A stretch of 53,093 bases of DNA, taken from positions 1 to 53,093 of the forward strand of contig CAYZOC010000002.1 in NCBI GenBank assembly GCA_964480275.1. Reading direction: 5' to 3'. Positions 10,383 through 24,422 of this stretch are shown in pieces. The DNA is from an uncultured Staphylococcaceae bacterium. Its GTDB lineage: Bacteria; Bacillota_I; Bacilli_A; RFN20; CAG-826. The notes beneath the pieces were generated by a model. It was not told the DNA's origin. It ran no database searches and saw only the letters and a program-made list of their open reading frames with translations. Made by a program: the position numbers and the translations under genes. Position 1 is the first letter of the stretch. Each line of letters begins with the position of its first letter.

Positions 10383-11809
10383 TAGCGTTTTTCAATTTCT
10401 TCTTTCAAAATTTTACTTGCAAGCGCAGGATTGATTTTACCCTGTGATTTTTTCATCAATAATCCAACAAGAAAACCAAAGGCACGATCTTTACCATTCT
10501 TATAATCATCAATTACGTTAGGGTTTTCATCCAGCACCGTGTTGACAAGTACTAAAATCGCTCCCTCGTCACTAATTTGGACCATGTTCATCTTTTTGGC
10601 AACTGATGCTGGATCTTGATCTTTTTCAAATAAAACATCAAGTATTGTCCGGGCTTGTTTGTTGGAAATCTTGCCTTCATCAATCATATTCACAAGTTTA
10701 GCAAAGTTAATTGGGCTAATGCTTAAGTCGTTAATTGTTTGATTGTTTTTATTTAAAAACGCAGCAATTTCGCCATTAATCATATTGGCGGCAATTTTAT
10801 AACTATTTGTTGTCTTGACTACTTCATCGTAAAACTGTGCGACATCTTTATTTGCTAAAAGGATATCAATATCAAATTCACTAAGGGCAAAATCCTTTGC
10901 ATATCGATTTCTTTTTGTGGTCGGAAGTTCTGGGCAGTTATTAATCACTTCATCAATAAAATTACGGCCGATATGGACAGGAACGAGATTTGCTTCAGGA
11001 TAATATTTATAATCAACAGCGCTTGATTTAACACGCATGCCAATTGTTGTCTTTTTATCATCATCGTATCTTCGCGTTTCTTGGATGACTTTTTCGCCAC
11101 TAGCTAACACTTGTTTTTGTCGTTCAATTTCAATATCAATAACTTTTTCAACATTAGAAATTGAATTAAGGTTTTTTACTTCTACTTTTGTACCAAAAGC
11201 TTCTGTTCCAACGGGGCGTATAGAAATATTTACATCACATCTAAGTGATCCTTCTTCCATTTTCCCATCACTCACATCAGTAAAGGTGACAATCTCACGA
11301 ATAATCTCGACATATTTTGCCGCCTCTTTACCCGAGCGAATATCTGGCTCAGTAACAATTTCCACTAATGGAATACCAGCCCGATTGTAATCGATTAGGG
11401 TATAATCGACCATATGTAATTGCTTGGCCGTATCTTCTTCCATATGTAAACGATTTATTCTGATTCTTTTTTCTTGGCCATCAACTAGAAGGTCAAGATA
11501 TCCATTTCTACCAATTGGTCGCTTGTCTTGCGTGATTTGATAACCCTTAGGCAGATCACTATAAAAGTAGTTTTTGCGATCGAAATGTAGTGTCTCGTCT
11601 ATTTGCATATTGAGAGCATGGCAAACTCTTATGGCGTTAATAACCGCTTGTTTATTGATTGTGGGTAGTGTCCCAGGATGAGCAAGATCAATATAGGAAA
11701 CCATCGTATTAGGAGCGGCGTTATAGTCAATTGGGGCGGGTGAAAACATTTTACTTTTGGTTTTGGTTTCAACGTGAATTTCTAATCCAATTACTGCTTC
11801 GTATTCCAT
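10382..11809 (-). CDS. gatB: Asp/Glu-tRNA amidotransferase subunit B
   Basis: MEYEAVIGLEIHVE..TKSKMFS...NRAGIPLVEIV.EPD is the GatB signature. 475 aa. Confidence 0.96.
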   Translation of the reverse strand: MEYEAVIGLEIHVETKTKSKMFSPAPIDYNAAPNTMVSYIDLAHPGTLPTINKQAVINAIRVCHALNMQIDETLHFDRKNYFYSDLPKGYQITQDKRPIGRNGYLDLLVDGQEKRIRINRLHMEEDTAKQLHMVDYTLIDYNRAGIPLVEIVTEPDIRSGKEAAKYVEIIREIVTFTDVSDGKMEEGSLRCDVNISIRPVGTEAFGTKVEVKNLNSISNVEKVIDIEIERQKQVLASGEKVIQETRRYDDDKKTTIGMRVKSSAVDYKYYPEANLVPVHIGRNFIDEVINNCPELPTTKRNRYAKDFALSEFDIDILLANKDVAQFYDEVVKTTNSYKIAANMINGEIAAFLNKNNQTINDLSISPINFAKLVNMIDEGKISNKQARTILDVLFEKDQDPASVAKKMNMVQISDEGAILVLVNTVLDENPNVIDDYKNGKDRAFGFLVGLLMKKSQGKINPALASKILKEEIEKR

Positions 11810-13269
11810 TATTTTTGCCCTCCAACTTGTAAATTTTTCAAGCCTGTAATATCTTCTAAGACCTGAGCAACTCCAAATAGGTCTAATTCACTAAATGGCC
11901 GACCTGTAAGATTAACACCGATTGGCATCCCTCCATCAAGACAAACTGGAAGTGTAATACTTGGAAGTCCCGCAAGATTGCCAATAACTAAATGGTTGTC
12001 CTCAACGAGGTGAGCAATATTCAAATTATCGCTTTTGGTATCAAACTTTGGCGCAATACTTGGCGAAGATGGTAAATAGATGAAGTCATAATCATCTAGG
12101 ACCTTATTAACTGCTTCAACAATTAATCTACGAGCTTTTTGTGCTCTTCTAAAGAGTAGTTCTTGGTTTTCTTGCTTGAGTGAATAACTTCCGATGATGA
12201 ATCGACGTTTGATCAAAGCGCTAAAGCCCTTAGTTCTAGTGTTCTTAATTACATCAATATAAGTTTTACCCTCTTTCCGCGCTCCAAACTTAACACCATC
12301 AAGATTGGCGTTATTTGAGGTTGATTCTGCACAGCTTAAAACAAAATATGTGGAAAATAGTGCGTTTAATAATTCTTCTTTAATTTCAGCATACTCGACA
12401 ATCGCTCCTCTTTTACGTAACTCTTCAATTGTATAGTCATAACGAGTTTGAAGACGTGGATTAGATATCTTGTTAGAAATTCCTTTAATTAAAGCAATTT
12501 TAACACCCTTAACACTAGCGTTATATTGTGTATATTCTTCGACCGCTTTTGGCGAAGATGTAAAGTCTTTTTTGTCATGACCAGCAAGTGTTTCTAATAG
12601 AAGCGCACTATCAAAGACACTACGAGTGAAATATCCAACTGCATCTAAACTTGGCGTAAATGGTGCTAATCCAAAACGTGAAATTCTTCCCCACGTTGGT
12701 TTAAAGCCAACAAGACCAGCATAACTTGCTGGTTTACGGACGGAGTCCCCAGTATCGCTACCCAGAGCAAATGGAACTAAGCCACAAGCGACAACACTAG
12801 CGCTACCAGCACTAGAACCGCCGACCATGTGATGCTTGCTCTTGTCATAAGGGTTATAAGTTCTACCCAAGTGCCCAGTCATGCCCGAGCCCCCCATTGC
12901 TAGTTCATCAAGCGTAGTTTTTCCTATTGGAATCGCGTTTTTACGATTAAGCCTTTCAATAACTTCAGCATTGTATAGAGGGATATATCCTTTTAAGATG
13001 TTACTACTTGCAGTAGTTTCTACACCCATTGTCGAAAGATTATCTTTAATCATGTAGGGAATACCCCAAAGTAAGTTATCTTTTTCGACCGGCTTTTTAC
13101 TTAATTCAAGCGCAAAAGCACGGGCACTTTCATACATTTTGGCTTCGAGGGCATTATTGTCATCACTTTCAATCTTAGTGATTGCTTGTTCGACTACTTC
13201 GATAGGATTAGTCGCTCCACTTACATATAGATCATGAAGCTCTTTAATTGTTAATGTTAAATAGTCCAT
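11809..13269 (-). CDS. gatA: Asp/Glu-tRNA amidotransferase subunit A
   Basis: ORF trimmed to the ATG at 13267-13269 (MDYLTLTIKELHDL...), 1 nt after the gatC stop. The amidase signature GGSSAGSASVVA...GSDTGDSVRKPAS is present. Confidence 0.95.
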   Translation of the reverse strand: MDYLTLTIKELHDLYVSGATNPIEVVEQAITKIESDDNNALEAKMYESARAFALELSKKPVEKDNLLWGIPYMIKDNLSTMGVETTASSNILKGYIPLYNAEVIERLNRKNAIPIGKTTLDELAMGGSGMTGHLGRTYNPYDKSKHHMVGGSSAGSASVVACGLVPFALGSDTGDSVRKPASYAGLVGFKPTWGRISRFGLAPFTPSLDAVGYFTRSVFDSALLLETLAGHDKKDFTSSPKAVEEYTQYNASVKGVKIALIKGISNKISNPRLQTRYDYTIEELRKRGAIVEYAEIKEELLNALFSTYFVLSCAESTSNNANLDGVKFGARKEGKTYIDVIKNTRTKGFSALIKRRFIIGSYSLKQENQELLFRRAQKARRLIVEAVNKVLDDYDFIYLPSSPSIAPKFDTKSDNLNIAHLVEDNHLVIGNLAGLPSITLPVCLDGGMPIGVNLTGRPFSELDLFGVAQVLEDITGLKNLQVGGQK

Positions 13270-13270
13270 A

Positions 13271-13567
13271 CTAATTGACCACCTTTGGTAATCTAATTTG
13301 GCCCGCGAAAGTATCGGGAGCATTTGCCAAAACTTCTTCACGTGTTAATGGTGCCTCGGGCTCATCTTCACGAAGTAAATTATTTGTAACTTCAAAGGGA
13401 TAAATCATTGGTTCGACACTATCGACATCGGGAATCTTTTCTAATAGTGACATTTGCGCAATCAATTCATCAAATTCTTGTAAAAGCGTAGAATATTCTT
13501 CGTCTGCCATATCAAAAAGTAAGTCATTTGCTAGTTCTTTTAATTTGTTTTTATCAACTTTTATCAT
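13271..13567 (-). CDS. gatC: Asp/Glu-tRNA amidotransferase subunit C
   Basis: 98 aa, GatC-like (..LLREDE......EVL.NAP.....IRLPKV). Gene order is gatC-gatA-gatB. Confidence 0.92.
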   Translation of the reverse strand: MIKVDKNKLKELANDLLFDMADEEYSTLLQEFDELIAQMSLLEKIPDVDSVEPMIYPFEVTNNLLREDEPEAPLTREEVLANAPDTFAGQIRLPKVVN

Positions 13568-13569
13568 AT

Positions 13570-17771
<4,202 letters not shown>

Positions 17772-17829
17772 ATCTTACCTGGATGCATTTTATTATATCA
17801 TAATAAAGCTTGGTAAGACTTGATAAAGT

Positions 17830-18225
17830 CTAGGATATTGATAAAAGAAAGCTCGTTATTTTACTTTGGCCACTGAGGCTAAATAAAATATTGTTGTTAT
17901 AGATAAATCTAAGCGTTGGCGTGGCATTAAAACAAGCAAAATTTACCTCTTGTTCAGCACTTGCACAGGGCATATTTGTCTCGGAAACATTTATAAAATA
18001 TATATCGGTGGCGACTGCAAATTTTAGCATCATCGTTTTAATGTTTTGACAGTATCCACAGACTGGCGAATAGTAGTATAAATAATAACTTTCTTTAGTG
18101 ATCGCGTTTATATTTTCAATACTAAGATGCTTAAAATCTTGATAGTCTAAGACCTCACCTTCTTGTGGTAGTTTCGTACATGAAATTAGGGTTAGAGTGA
18201 TTAGGAGTACTTTATATTTGTTCAT
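17830..18225 (-). CDS. Lipoprotein with thioredoxin-like CxxC motif
   Basis: MNKYKVLLITLTLISC carries a lipobox (L-I-S-C). YYYSPVCGYCQNIK resembles a thioredoxin-fold WCxxC-type motif. 131 aa. Confidence 0.6.
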   Translation of the reverse strand: MNKYKVLLITLTLISCTKLPQEGEVLDYQDFKHLSIENINAITKESYYLYYYSPVCGYCQNIKTMMLKFAVATDIYFINVSETNMPCASAEQEVNFACFNATPTLRFIYNNNILFSLSGQSKITSFLLSIS

Positions 18226-18283
18226 ATATATAAATAGGAGATTATTATCCTAATGTTTACTAGTGGTGTGATAAAATACACTT

Positions 18284-19168
18284 ATGAAATTGGCTTCTAG
18301 AAGTCTAACTCACCAAATGACTTACATCGCAATTATGAGTGCAATTACGATTGTTTTAAGCGTGTTAACCAATTTTTTTCCTCTTACTAGTATCCTCTTA
18401 ATTCTTTTTCTTCCCTTTGTTGCTAGTCTTGTCGCCATTATTTGCGATTTAAAATTATTTCCAATATACTTAGTTTCCTCGATATTGCTATCGGCTATCG
18501 TCGACATGGCCAACTTCTTTCATATCATTTTTTATTTACTACCCGCGCTTGTGTCTGGCTTCGTAATTGGAGTATTGTATCGAGGAAAAGTAAATGGTAT
18601 TTATATCCTTCTACTAGTTTCTTTAGTAAATTTACTTAGCAATTATGCGATTATTCCAGTTTTAGATGCCTTATATGAAATTGATTTTATCAATTACTCT
18701 CTTGGACTTTTTGGTTTTAAAAATCATCCCCACGCCAGTGCAATATTTATGATGTTCTTATACGTCGTTGGTATTATACAGGCGACAATAACATATATTA
18801 TTGTTAGTGAAGAAATCTACATTATCAAAGGCAAAATTGTTGAAGACTATGATCAAAATAGTGTGTACATTATGGCGATTTTATCTATTTCGACCCTTGT
18901 GTTTGGCCTTTTCCATCTTGGGCTTGCACTAGTATCGTTAGGTTCACTATTTTTCTTAAGCGTTTACCAGTTTATTTTCTTTTATCAAGAAGACAAAAAA
19001 CTCTTTTATACGACTCTTGTTCTTGTCGGAGTTTCAACGATCATTTCGTTTGTTCTTGCGGAATTACACCGGCTCGAATATCTTCCAATCTACTTAATAC
19101 TTCCAGTATTAATTGTTGTCATCACAAGGTTTTTATGGGAATATATACTTAAACAAAGGAAACAATAA
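18284..19168 (+). CDS. Polytopic membrane protein, unknown function (about 8-9 TM)
   Basis: 294-aa hydrophobic ORF. Its stop overlaps the next start (TAATG). No SD; TGaTAAAAT lies 6 nt before the ATG. Confidence 0.7.
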   Translation: MKLASRSLTHQMTYIAIMSAITIVLSVLTNFFPLTSILLILFLPFVASLVAIICDLKLFPIYLVSSILLSAIVDMANFFHIIFYLLPALVSGFVIGVLYRGKVNGIYILLLVSLVNLLSNYAIIPVLDALYEIDFINYSLGLFGFKNHPHASAIFMMFLYVVGIIQATITYIIVSEEIYIIKGKIVEDYDQNSVYIMAILSISTLVFGLFHLGLALVSLGSLFFLSVYQFIFFYQEDKKLFYTTLVLVGVSTIISFVLAELHRLEYLPIYLILPVLIVVITRFLWEYILKQRKQ

Positions 19169-19608
19169 TGGGAAAATTTTTTAAGAAAGTCGGCACCGGC
19201 CTCGTTGTTCTACTTCTACTTCCATTTATGGTCGTGTTTTTCGCATTATTTATTGTTTATTCGATTCTTAAATTTATTGTTTTATGGTTTATCGCTATTA
19301 GTAAGTTTTTTATTGGCGAACGAATTACTGATCCCCTCGAGATCGATCGGAAGGCTGCTGGTTTGTTTGAAAAAGAACAAGAGGCGAAAAAAAATAGTGG
19401 CCAAAAAGATGAAAATGGCAAATTCGCCGGTGCAACAATAAATATTTATACCAACCAAAATGTTGATCAACCAACAAAAGAGGTAATCAGCCACTTTAAT
19501 CAACCAGTAACATTAAAAGCTCAAGACTTTATTGAGGTCGCAACTAGTGATCCTAACTTGATTACAACAAATGAAAGTTTGGACAAGGAGGAAAATGGTA
19601 ATGATTAA
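19168..19608 (+). CDS. Membrane protein, unknown function (N-terminal TM hairpin plus hydrophilic N/Q/E/K-rich tail)
   Basis: 146 aa, with AAGGAA SD. Translationally coupled on both sides. Confidence 0.65.
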   Translation: MGKFFKKVGTGLVVLLLLPFMVVFFALFIVYSILKFIVLWFIAISKFFIGERITDPLEIDRKAAGLFEKEQEAKKNSGQKDENGKFAGATINIYTNQNVDQPTKEVISHFNQPVTLKAQDFIEVATSDPNLITTNESLDKEENGND

Positions 19609-20308
19609 TTTCCTTGTCAAATTATCTGAGACTGACAAACGTCTTGTTATTGCGATATTTTTACTTGCTATTCTTCTACTTTTAATCGTTGGTTTAATTT
19701 ATGATTCGATTAAAGCATTAATGGATCGTCAAGGCAAAAAGATTGATGCACTAATGAATCTTCCCGTCGCTGCTGGCCTAATCATGAGTAAAAAACAATT
19801 TAGAAAAGTCGCTAGTTACAAAAATGATGTTCAATTTTATAAAACATTCAGTCGTATTTTTCTCCTTGCCTTATTTACTGCTGTCATTCATGTTATCTAT
19901 TTCCTGGTGATGGAATTTGCCTTTGAATTAGAAAGTAATATTTGGGATACAAATACAGGTATTGCGACACTATTTTATACTTTTGACTGGGCCAACATTC
20001 CCAAATCTACCTTTTTTGGCCTTGAGATTGCAAGTGATTGGCCCGCAATTGTTAATCGCCCCCACTTCTCACTTCAAGCTCTTGGTAGTTATGTAATTGC
20101 TCCCTTATATATTGTTTGTATATTTGGTGGTTTTATGACAATACTCTCCTATCTATCACGAACAATTAGAGTACATACTCTTGCAAAATTACTATTCTCC
20201 GCTGATTTGAGTGGAAAAAGAATTCATGATTTAAGTGCGTTAGGAAAAACAAAAAACGACTCCGGAATTAATACTCCCGCAGACGTTTTACCAGTCGATG
20301 TTAAATAA
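19601..20308 (+). CDS. Membrane protein, unknown function
   Basis: ORF 19571.. trimmed to the ATG at 19601, with AAGGAGG 9 nt upstream. It overlaps the previous gene by 8 nt. The ATG at 19595 is an alternative start. Several TM segments. Confidence 0.65.
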   Translation: MINFLVKLSETDKRLVIAIFLLAILLLLIVGLIYDSIKALMDRQGKKIDALMNLPVAAGLIMSKKQFRKVASYKNDVQFYKTFSRIFLLALFTAVIHVIYFLVMEFAFELESNIWDTNTGIATLFYTFDWANIPKSTFFGLEIASDWPAIVNRPHFSLQALGSYVIAPLYIVCIFGGFMTILSYLSRTIRVHTLAKLLFSADLSGKRIHDLSALGKTKNDSGINTPADVLPVDVK

Positions 20309-20313
20309 GACTT

Positions 20314-20478
20314 TTATGTTCCAGCTTGATTGAGTAAATCAAAAATAAGAAAACCCACCTCAACCGCGATTAAGATTGATAAGAGCACGATAATTATAAT
20401 CAAAACACCCTTCTTACGATTGTAGGCAAGGTGTTTTTTTTGCTCTTCCGTGAGTGAAGGTCGCATTTTTTTGGCCAT
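20314..20478 (-). CDS. Small single-pass membrane protein (54 aa), hypothetical
   Basis: My translation: MAKKMRPSLTEEQKKHLAYNRKKGVLIIIIVLLSILIAVEVGFLIFDLLNQAGT. The ATG lies 2 nt after the asnS stop. It is below the ORF-track length cutoff and fills an otherwise unexplained 170-nt gap. SD is weak or distant. Confidence 0.4.
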   Translation of the reverse strand: MAKKMRPSLTEEQKKHLAYNRKKGVLIIIIVLLSILIAVEVGFLIFDLLNQAGT

Positions 20479-20480
20479 TT

Positions 20481-21851
20481 TTAGTATTTTAAGCTCCCTG
20501 TTGTTCTTGCGTAAGGTTGGACATCACGAATGTTTTGCATTCCTGTCACATACATTATAAGTCGATCAAAACCAATCCCAAAACCAGCGTGTTTACAGCC
20601 TCCATACCGTCGAAGGTCTAGATACCAAGCAAGTTCGTGATCGTTGCCAATGTCTTTCATTTTGGCTTCTAAAAGATCAAGTCGCTCTTCTCTTTGACTG
20701 CCACCAACAAGTTCACCTACACCTGGCACTAAAAGATCACAGGCAGCGACTGTTTTATTGTCGTCATTTAAGCGCATATAGAAAGCCTTGATTTCTTTTG
20801 GATAATCAGTAATGAAAACAGGTCCGTTAATATGCTTTTCTGATAAGAAACGTTCGTGTTCAGTTTGGAGGTCCATTCCCCATTCAATTTTTGAATTATC
20901 AAACTTAACACCATCTTTGACGGCTTGCTTGAGAATTTCAATTGCTTTTGTATAACTCAGTCGTTCAAAATCTTTAGCAAGTAGATTAACAAGACGGTCA
21001 TTGAGACCCTTATCAATAAACTTATTAAAAAATTGAATTTCATCTGAACAGTTTTCAAGCACATGATTGACACAGTATTTAACACAGGCTTCAATGCATT
21101 CCATATTGTCATCTAAATCCGCGAAGGCTAGTTCTGGTTCAATCATCCAAAATTCAGCAGCGTGACGAGCGGTATAACTTTTTTCGGCCCGGAAAGTTGG
21201 GCCAAAAGTATAGACATCACGAAAGGCAAGGGCAAATGCTTCGACATGCAACTGCCCGCTGACGGTAAGTGAAGCAGGGGCACCAAAGAAGTCGTTTGGG
21301 TCATTGTCATCAGTTACAACTTTAAAAACACTGCCAGCTCCTTCAGCATCATTTCCGGTAATAATTGGCGTATGTACATAAACAAAGTTGTTATCATGGA
21401 AAAATTTATGGATTGCAAAAGATAACTCACTTCTTAGTCGATATAGTGCGGAAAAAGTGTTGGTTCGCGGACGAAGGTGCGATATATCGCGAAGAAATTC
21501 AAAACTATGACGTTTCTTTTGTAGTGGATATGTTTCATCTGCTAGACCAAGCAACTCAACTGTATCAATATGAACTTCAAAAGGTTGTTTGTTGTCTGGG
21601 GTCAAAACAATATAACCTTCGATTTCAAGAGCGGTTCCTGTGTTAAAGTGAGTGATTTCCTGAAAATTATCAAGATTATTTTTATCATAAACTAACTGTA
21701 AATTAGCGTACTTACTTCCATCATTAAATTCAATAAATCCAATTGATCCATTGTCCCGATTAGTTTTGACCCACCCGGTTAAATTAACAATTTGTCCCTC
21801 GTATAGTTGTTCACTAGCGAAGGATTCAATGATATCTTTTATTGTGTCCAT
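20481..21851 (-). CDS. asnS: Asparagine--tRNA ligase
   Basis: ORF (TTG at 21884) trimmed to the ATG at 21849-21851, with GAGGAA upstream. It has an OB-fold N-terminus (V.L.GWV...R..G.I.F....DGS) and class II motifs FRAE.S.T.RH..EFWM.E.E and GGS.RE, GFG.GF.R. Confidence 0.93.
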   Translation of the reverse strand: MDTIKDIIESFASEQLYEGQIVNLTGWVKTNRDNGSIGFIEFNDGSKYANLQLVYDKNNLDNFQEITHFNTGTALEIEGYIVLTPDNKQPFEVHIDTVELLGLADETYPLQKKRHSFEFLRDISHLRPRTNTFSALYRLRSELSFAIHKFFHDNNFVYVHTPIITGNDAEGAGSVFKVVTDDNDPNDFFGAPASLTVSGQLHVEAFALAFRDVYTFGPTFRAEKSYTARHAAEFWMIEPELAFADLDDNMECIEACVKYCVNHVLENCSDEIQFFNKFIDKGLNDRLVNLLAKDFERLSYTKAIEILKQAVKDGVKFDNSKIEWGMDLQTEHERFLSEKHINGPVFITDYPKEIKAFYMRLNDDNKTVAACDLLVPGVGELVGGSQREERLDLLEAKMKDIGNDHELAWYLDLRRYGGCKHAGFGIGFDRLIMYVTGMQNIRDVQPYARTTGSLKY

Positions 21852-21896
21852 ATATATTTCCTCATCGTTTCTATTATATGTCAAAAGTAATTATTC

Positions 21897-22910
21897 TTAA
21901 AACTTGTCAAAATCTTCAATCATCCAGTTGGGATCCACTGAAACTGAAAGGGGGGCAAAAATCTTTTTATCGTATAGATATTCACCTAGTTTAGCAATCA
22001 TAGCAGCCTGATCAGTGCAACACCACATTGGCGGAATTGTCACTTCGATTCCCATTTGACTTATTGCCTTGAGGATGTTTTTTCTTAGGTAAGAATTTGC
22101 ACTGACACCACCAGCCACAACAACCTGAGCGACACTAAAATCTTTAGCGGCTTTAATCGACTTAGCAATAATAACATCCATTGCCGTTTCTTGGAATGAT
22201 GTACAAAGATTAGCGACATTTAATTCTTCACCTCTTTGTCTTGTGTTATTAACTAAGTTAATAATATTTGTTTTCAAGCCAGAAAATGAGAAATCATAAC
22301 CCTCGTTAACTAGTGGACTTGGTAATTTATAGGTATGAACTCCAGTTTGAGCAAGCCGATCAACAGGGATACCTCCGGGATAGCCTAGACCTAAAACACG
22401 GGCAACCTTGTCGTAACACTCGCCAATGGCGTCATCTTTGGTATCACCAATAATTTTAAAATTTAAGTGTCGTTCCATTAATACTAATTGTGTATTGCCA
22501 CCACTAACTATCACCGCTAGAAGGGGGAATTTAAGCGGACTAACAAACTCATTAGCATAAATGTGCGCAGCGAGATGATGAACAGGAATAAGTGGTTTAT
22601 TTAGTACAAGGGATAGGGTCTTGGCAGCTTGCATACCTACATGAAGTGCACCAATTAAACCAGGTCCTCGCGTGACTGCAATCGCATCAATCTCGTCGGC
22701 ACTAATGTTTGCCTTCTCTAGTGCCTCTTTTAATACAATCAAAATATTTTCAGTGTGTAAGCGGGAGGCGATTTCCGGCATGACGCCACCATATTTTTGG
22801 TGAACATCAATTTGTGTTGAAACAACATTACACAAAAGCAGACCATCACGAGTTATCGCAATTCCTGTTTCATCACAACTAGATTCAATTGCTAAGATTG
22901 TTTTGTTCAT
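21897..22910 (-). CDS. tsaD: tRNA N6-adenosine threonylcarbamoyltransferase
   Basis: ILAIESSCDETG.A......LL.N.V.SQ...H..YGGV.PE.ASR.H is the TsaD/Kae1 signature. Confidence 0.96.
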   Translation of the reverse strand: MNKTILAIESSCDETGIAITRDGLLLCNVVSTQIDVHQKYGGVMPEIASRLHTENILIVLKEALEKANISADEIDAIAVTRGPGLIGALHVGMQAAKTLSLVLNKPLIPVHHLAAHIYANEFVSPLKFPLLAVIVSGGNTQLVLMERHLNFKIIGDTKDDAIGECYDKVARVLGLGYPGGIPVDRLAQTGVHTYKLPSPLVNEGYDFSFSGLKTNIINLVNNTRQRGEELNVANLCTSFQETAMDVIIAKSIKAAKDFSVAQVVVAGGVSANSYLRKNILKAISQMGIEVTIPPMWCCTDQAAMIAKLGEYLYDKKIFAPLSVSVDPNWMIEDFDKF

Positions 22911-23373
22911 ATTCTTTCATCACTTTCATCATGTAAAATGCGTCATCGCCATTTGTGTAGTATTTTTTCTTTGTTAGAAGGATATCAAACCCATATGATA
23001 AATAAAAATTAATTGCCCGTTCATTTTGTGTTCGTACTTCAAGCGTTACAACTTTTACTTCATCGACACCATTAATTCTAGCTAAAGTGTCTTCAATGAG
23101 TAGTCGTCCAAGCTTATTACCTTGTAATTCTTTTTTTATGGCAATTTGATTGATTGTTGCACTATCAAATGTCACCCAAAAGTCACAATAACCAATAACG
23201 ACATCAGCATAAGTTAAGACCATTATTGTTGCGAATTCATTTTCATTTAATTCATAAAGAAAGTTTTGCTCGCTCCAGGCTTCTGTGAAGTTCTCTTTAT
23301 TGATTATCATAACCGAAGCAAGGTCTTCAATTGCCATCGGCCGAACTAATAGCCGTTTTTCTTTTGTTTCCAT
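22885..23373 (-). CDS. rimI: GNAT N-acetyltransferase, RimI-like
   Basis: GNAT motif IAIKKELQGNKLGRLLIE, located between tsaB and tsaD as in many Bacillota. It overlaps tsaD by 26 nt. Confidence 0.8.
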   Translation of the reverse strand: METKEKRLLVRPMAIEDLASVMIINKENFTEAWSEQNFLYELNENEFATIMVLTYADVVIGYCDFWVTFDSATINQIAIKKELQGNKLGRLLIEDTLARINGVDEVKVVTLEVRTQNERAINFYLSYGFDILLTKKKYYTNGDDAFYMMKVMKEYEQNNLSN

Positions 23374-23374
23374 C

Positions 23375-23959
23375 TTAGTCCTTTAGATAGACTGGCTTTA
23401 ATGCAAGCAAGTCTCCAACAATATGATCTTCTTTGATGGCCTCAATCATGTTAATAAAGCGGTTTGTGTTGATCGATTTTATATTCAAGTAACTCGTATC
23501 GCCAGCAATGACAAATTCTTGATGCTCAGCTATATATGAGTCGACTTCATCGTTTGTCATTATTGTGTCTTTTATCAAGATGTTTTCACCATGATAAACA
23601 CCAATATAAGATCTATTACTACGAGCATTAATAAGACAAATAGTGGGATTAGTAGTGTGTTTTAAAACGTAAAGTGATGATACTTTATACACTTTTATAT
23701 CAAGTAAAAATCCCATAATTTTGGCAATCGTGACCGCGATACGGACTCCCGTATATGAACCAGGCCCAATAGCAACTACAATCGCTTTTAAATCATCGAT
23801 CGATAGATTATTCGCTTCGAGCGCTTTCTTTATTTCTGGGACCATTAGTTCACTTTGCTGTTGCCAAGCTTCATATTCAATTGCTGCTAGAACTTTGCCA
23901 TCTTTACTAATGCCCACTGATAGATTTTTATTAGAACTATCGAGCAATAGTGCAATCAT
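23375..23959 (-). CDS. tsaB: tRNA t6A biosynthesis protein TsaB
   Basis: M.ALLLDSSN..LSVGI......L........Q.SE.L.P.I......GPGSYTG.RI is the TsaB pattern. Confidence 0.9.
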   Translation of the reverse strand: MIALLLDSSNKNLSVGISKDGKVLAAIEYEAWQQQSELMVPEIKKALEANNLSIDDLKAIVVAIGPGSYTGVRIAVTIAKIMGFLLDIKVYKVSSLYVLKHTTNPTICLINARSNRSYIGVYHGENILIKDTIMTNDEVDSYIAEHQEFVIAGDTSYLNIKSINTNRFINMIEAIKEDHIVGDLLALKPVYLKD

Positions 23960-24420
23960 TTAAACTCCCCCCTAATCTTTTCAATAATATTTTGATAGTG
24001 AGCAGTCGTGGCAGATAGGCTTATTTCACGCTTATCATCGCCTCGGTGGATTAGACTAATCATCAGTACATCCATGGGAATATATTCAGCAATATATTGT
24101 GGCCATTCAATCACAGCAATACCTTCAGCACCAATGAACTCTTCTAGACCGATGTCTTTATTAGCATCTTCAAGTCGATAGGCATCAATATGAAAAAGTG
24201 GTTTTGTTGCTTTAAAATATGTTTTCATGATGTTAAAGGTCGGACTAATAACCCTGTCCTCAACTTTTAATCCCTTGGCAATTCCTTGGGTCAGGGTGGT
24301 TTTGCCAGCCCCTAAATCGCCGGTCAGCGTAACAATGTCGCCAAGATTAAAAAGATCAGCTAGGCGTTGACCTAGTTGAAATGTGATATCTTTGCTTTGA
24401 CTAATAAATGTATATTTCAT
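23956..24420 (-). CDS. tsaE: tRNA t6A biosynthesis ATPase TsaE
   Basis: Walker A in L.GDLGAGKTTLTQGIAKGL, SPTF.....Y, and H.D.YRL. Confidence 0.92.
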   Translation of the reverse strand: MKYTFISQSKDITFQLGQRLADLFNLGDIVTLTGDLGAGKTTLTQGIAKGLKVEDRVISPTFNIMKTYFKATKPLFHIDAYRLEDANKDIGLEEFIGAEGIAVIEWPQYIAEYIPMDVLMISLIHRGDDKREISLSATTAHYQNIIEKIRGEFK

Positions 24421-24422
24421 TT

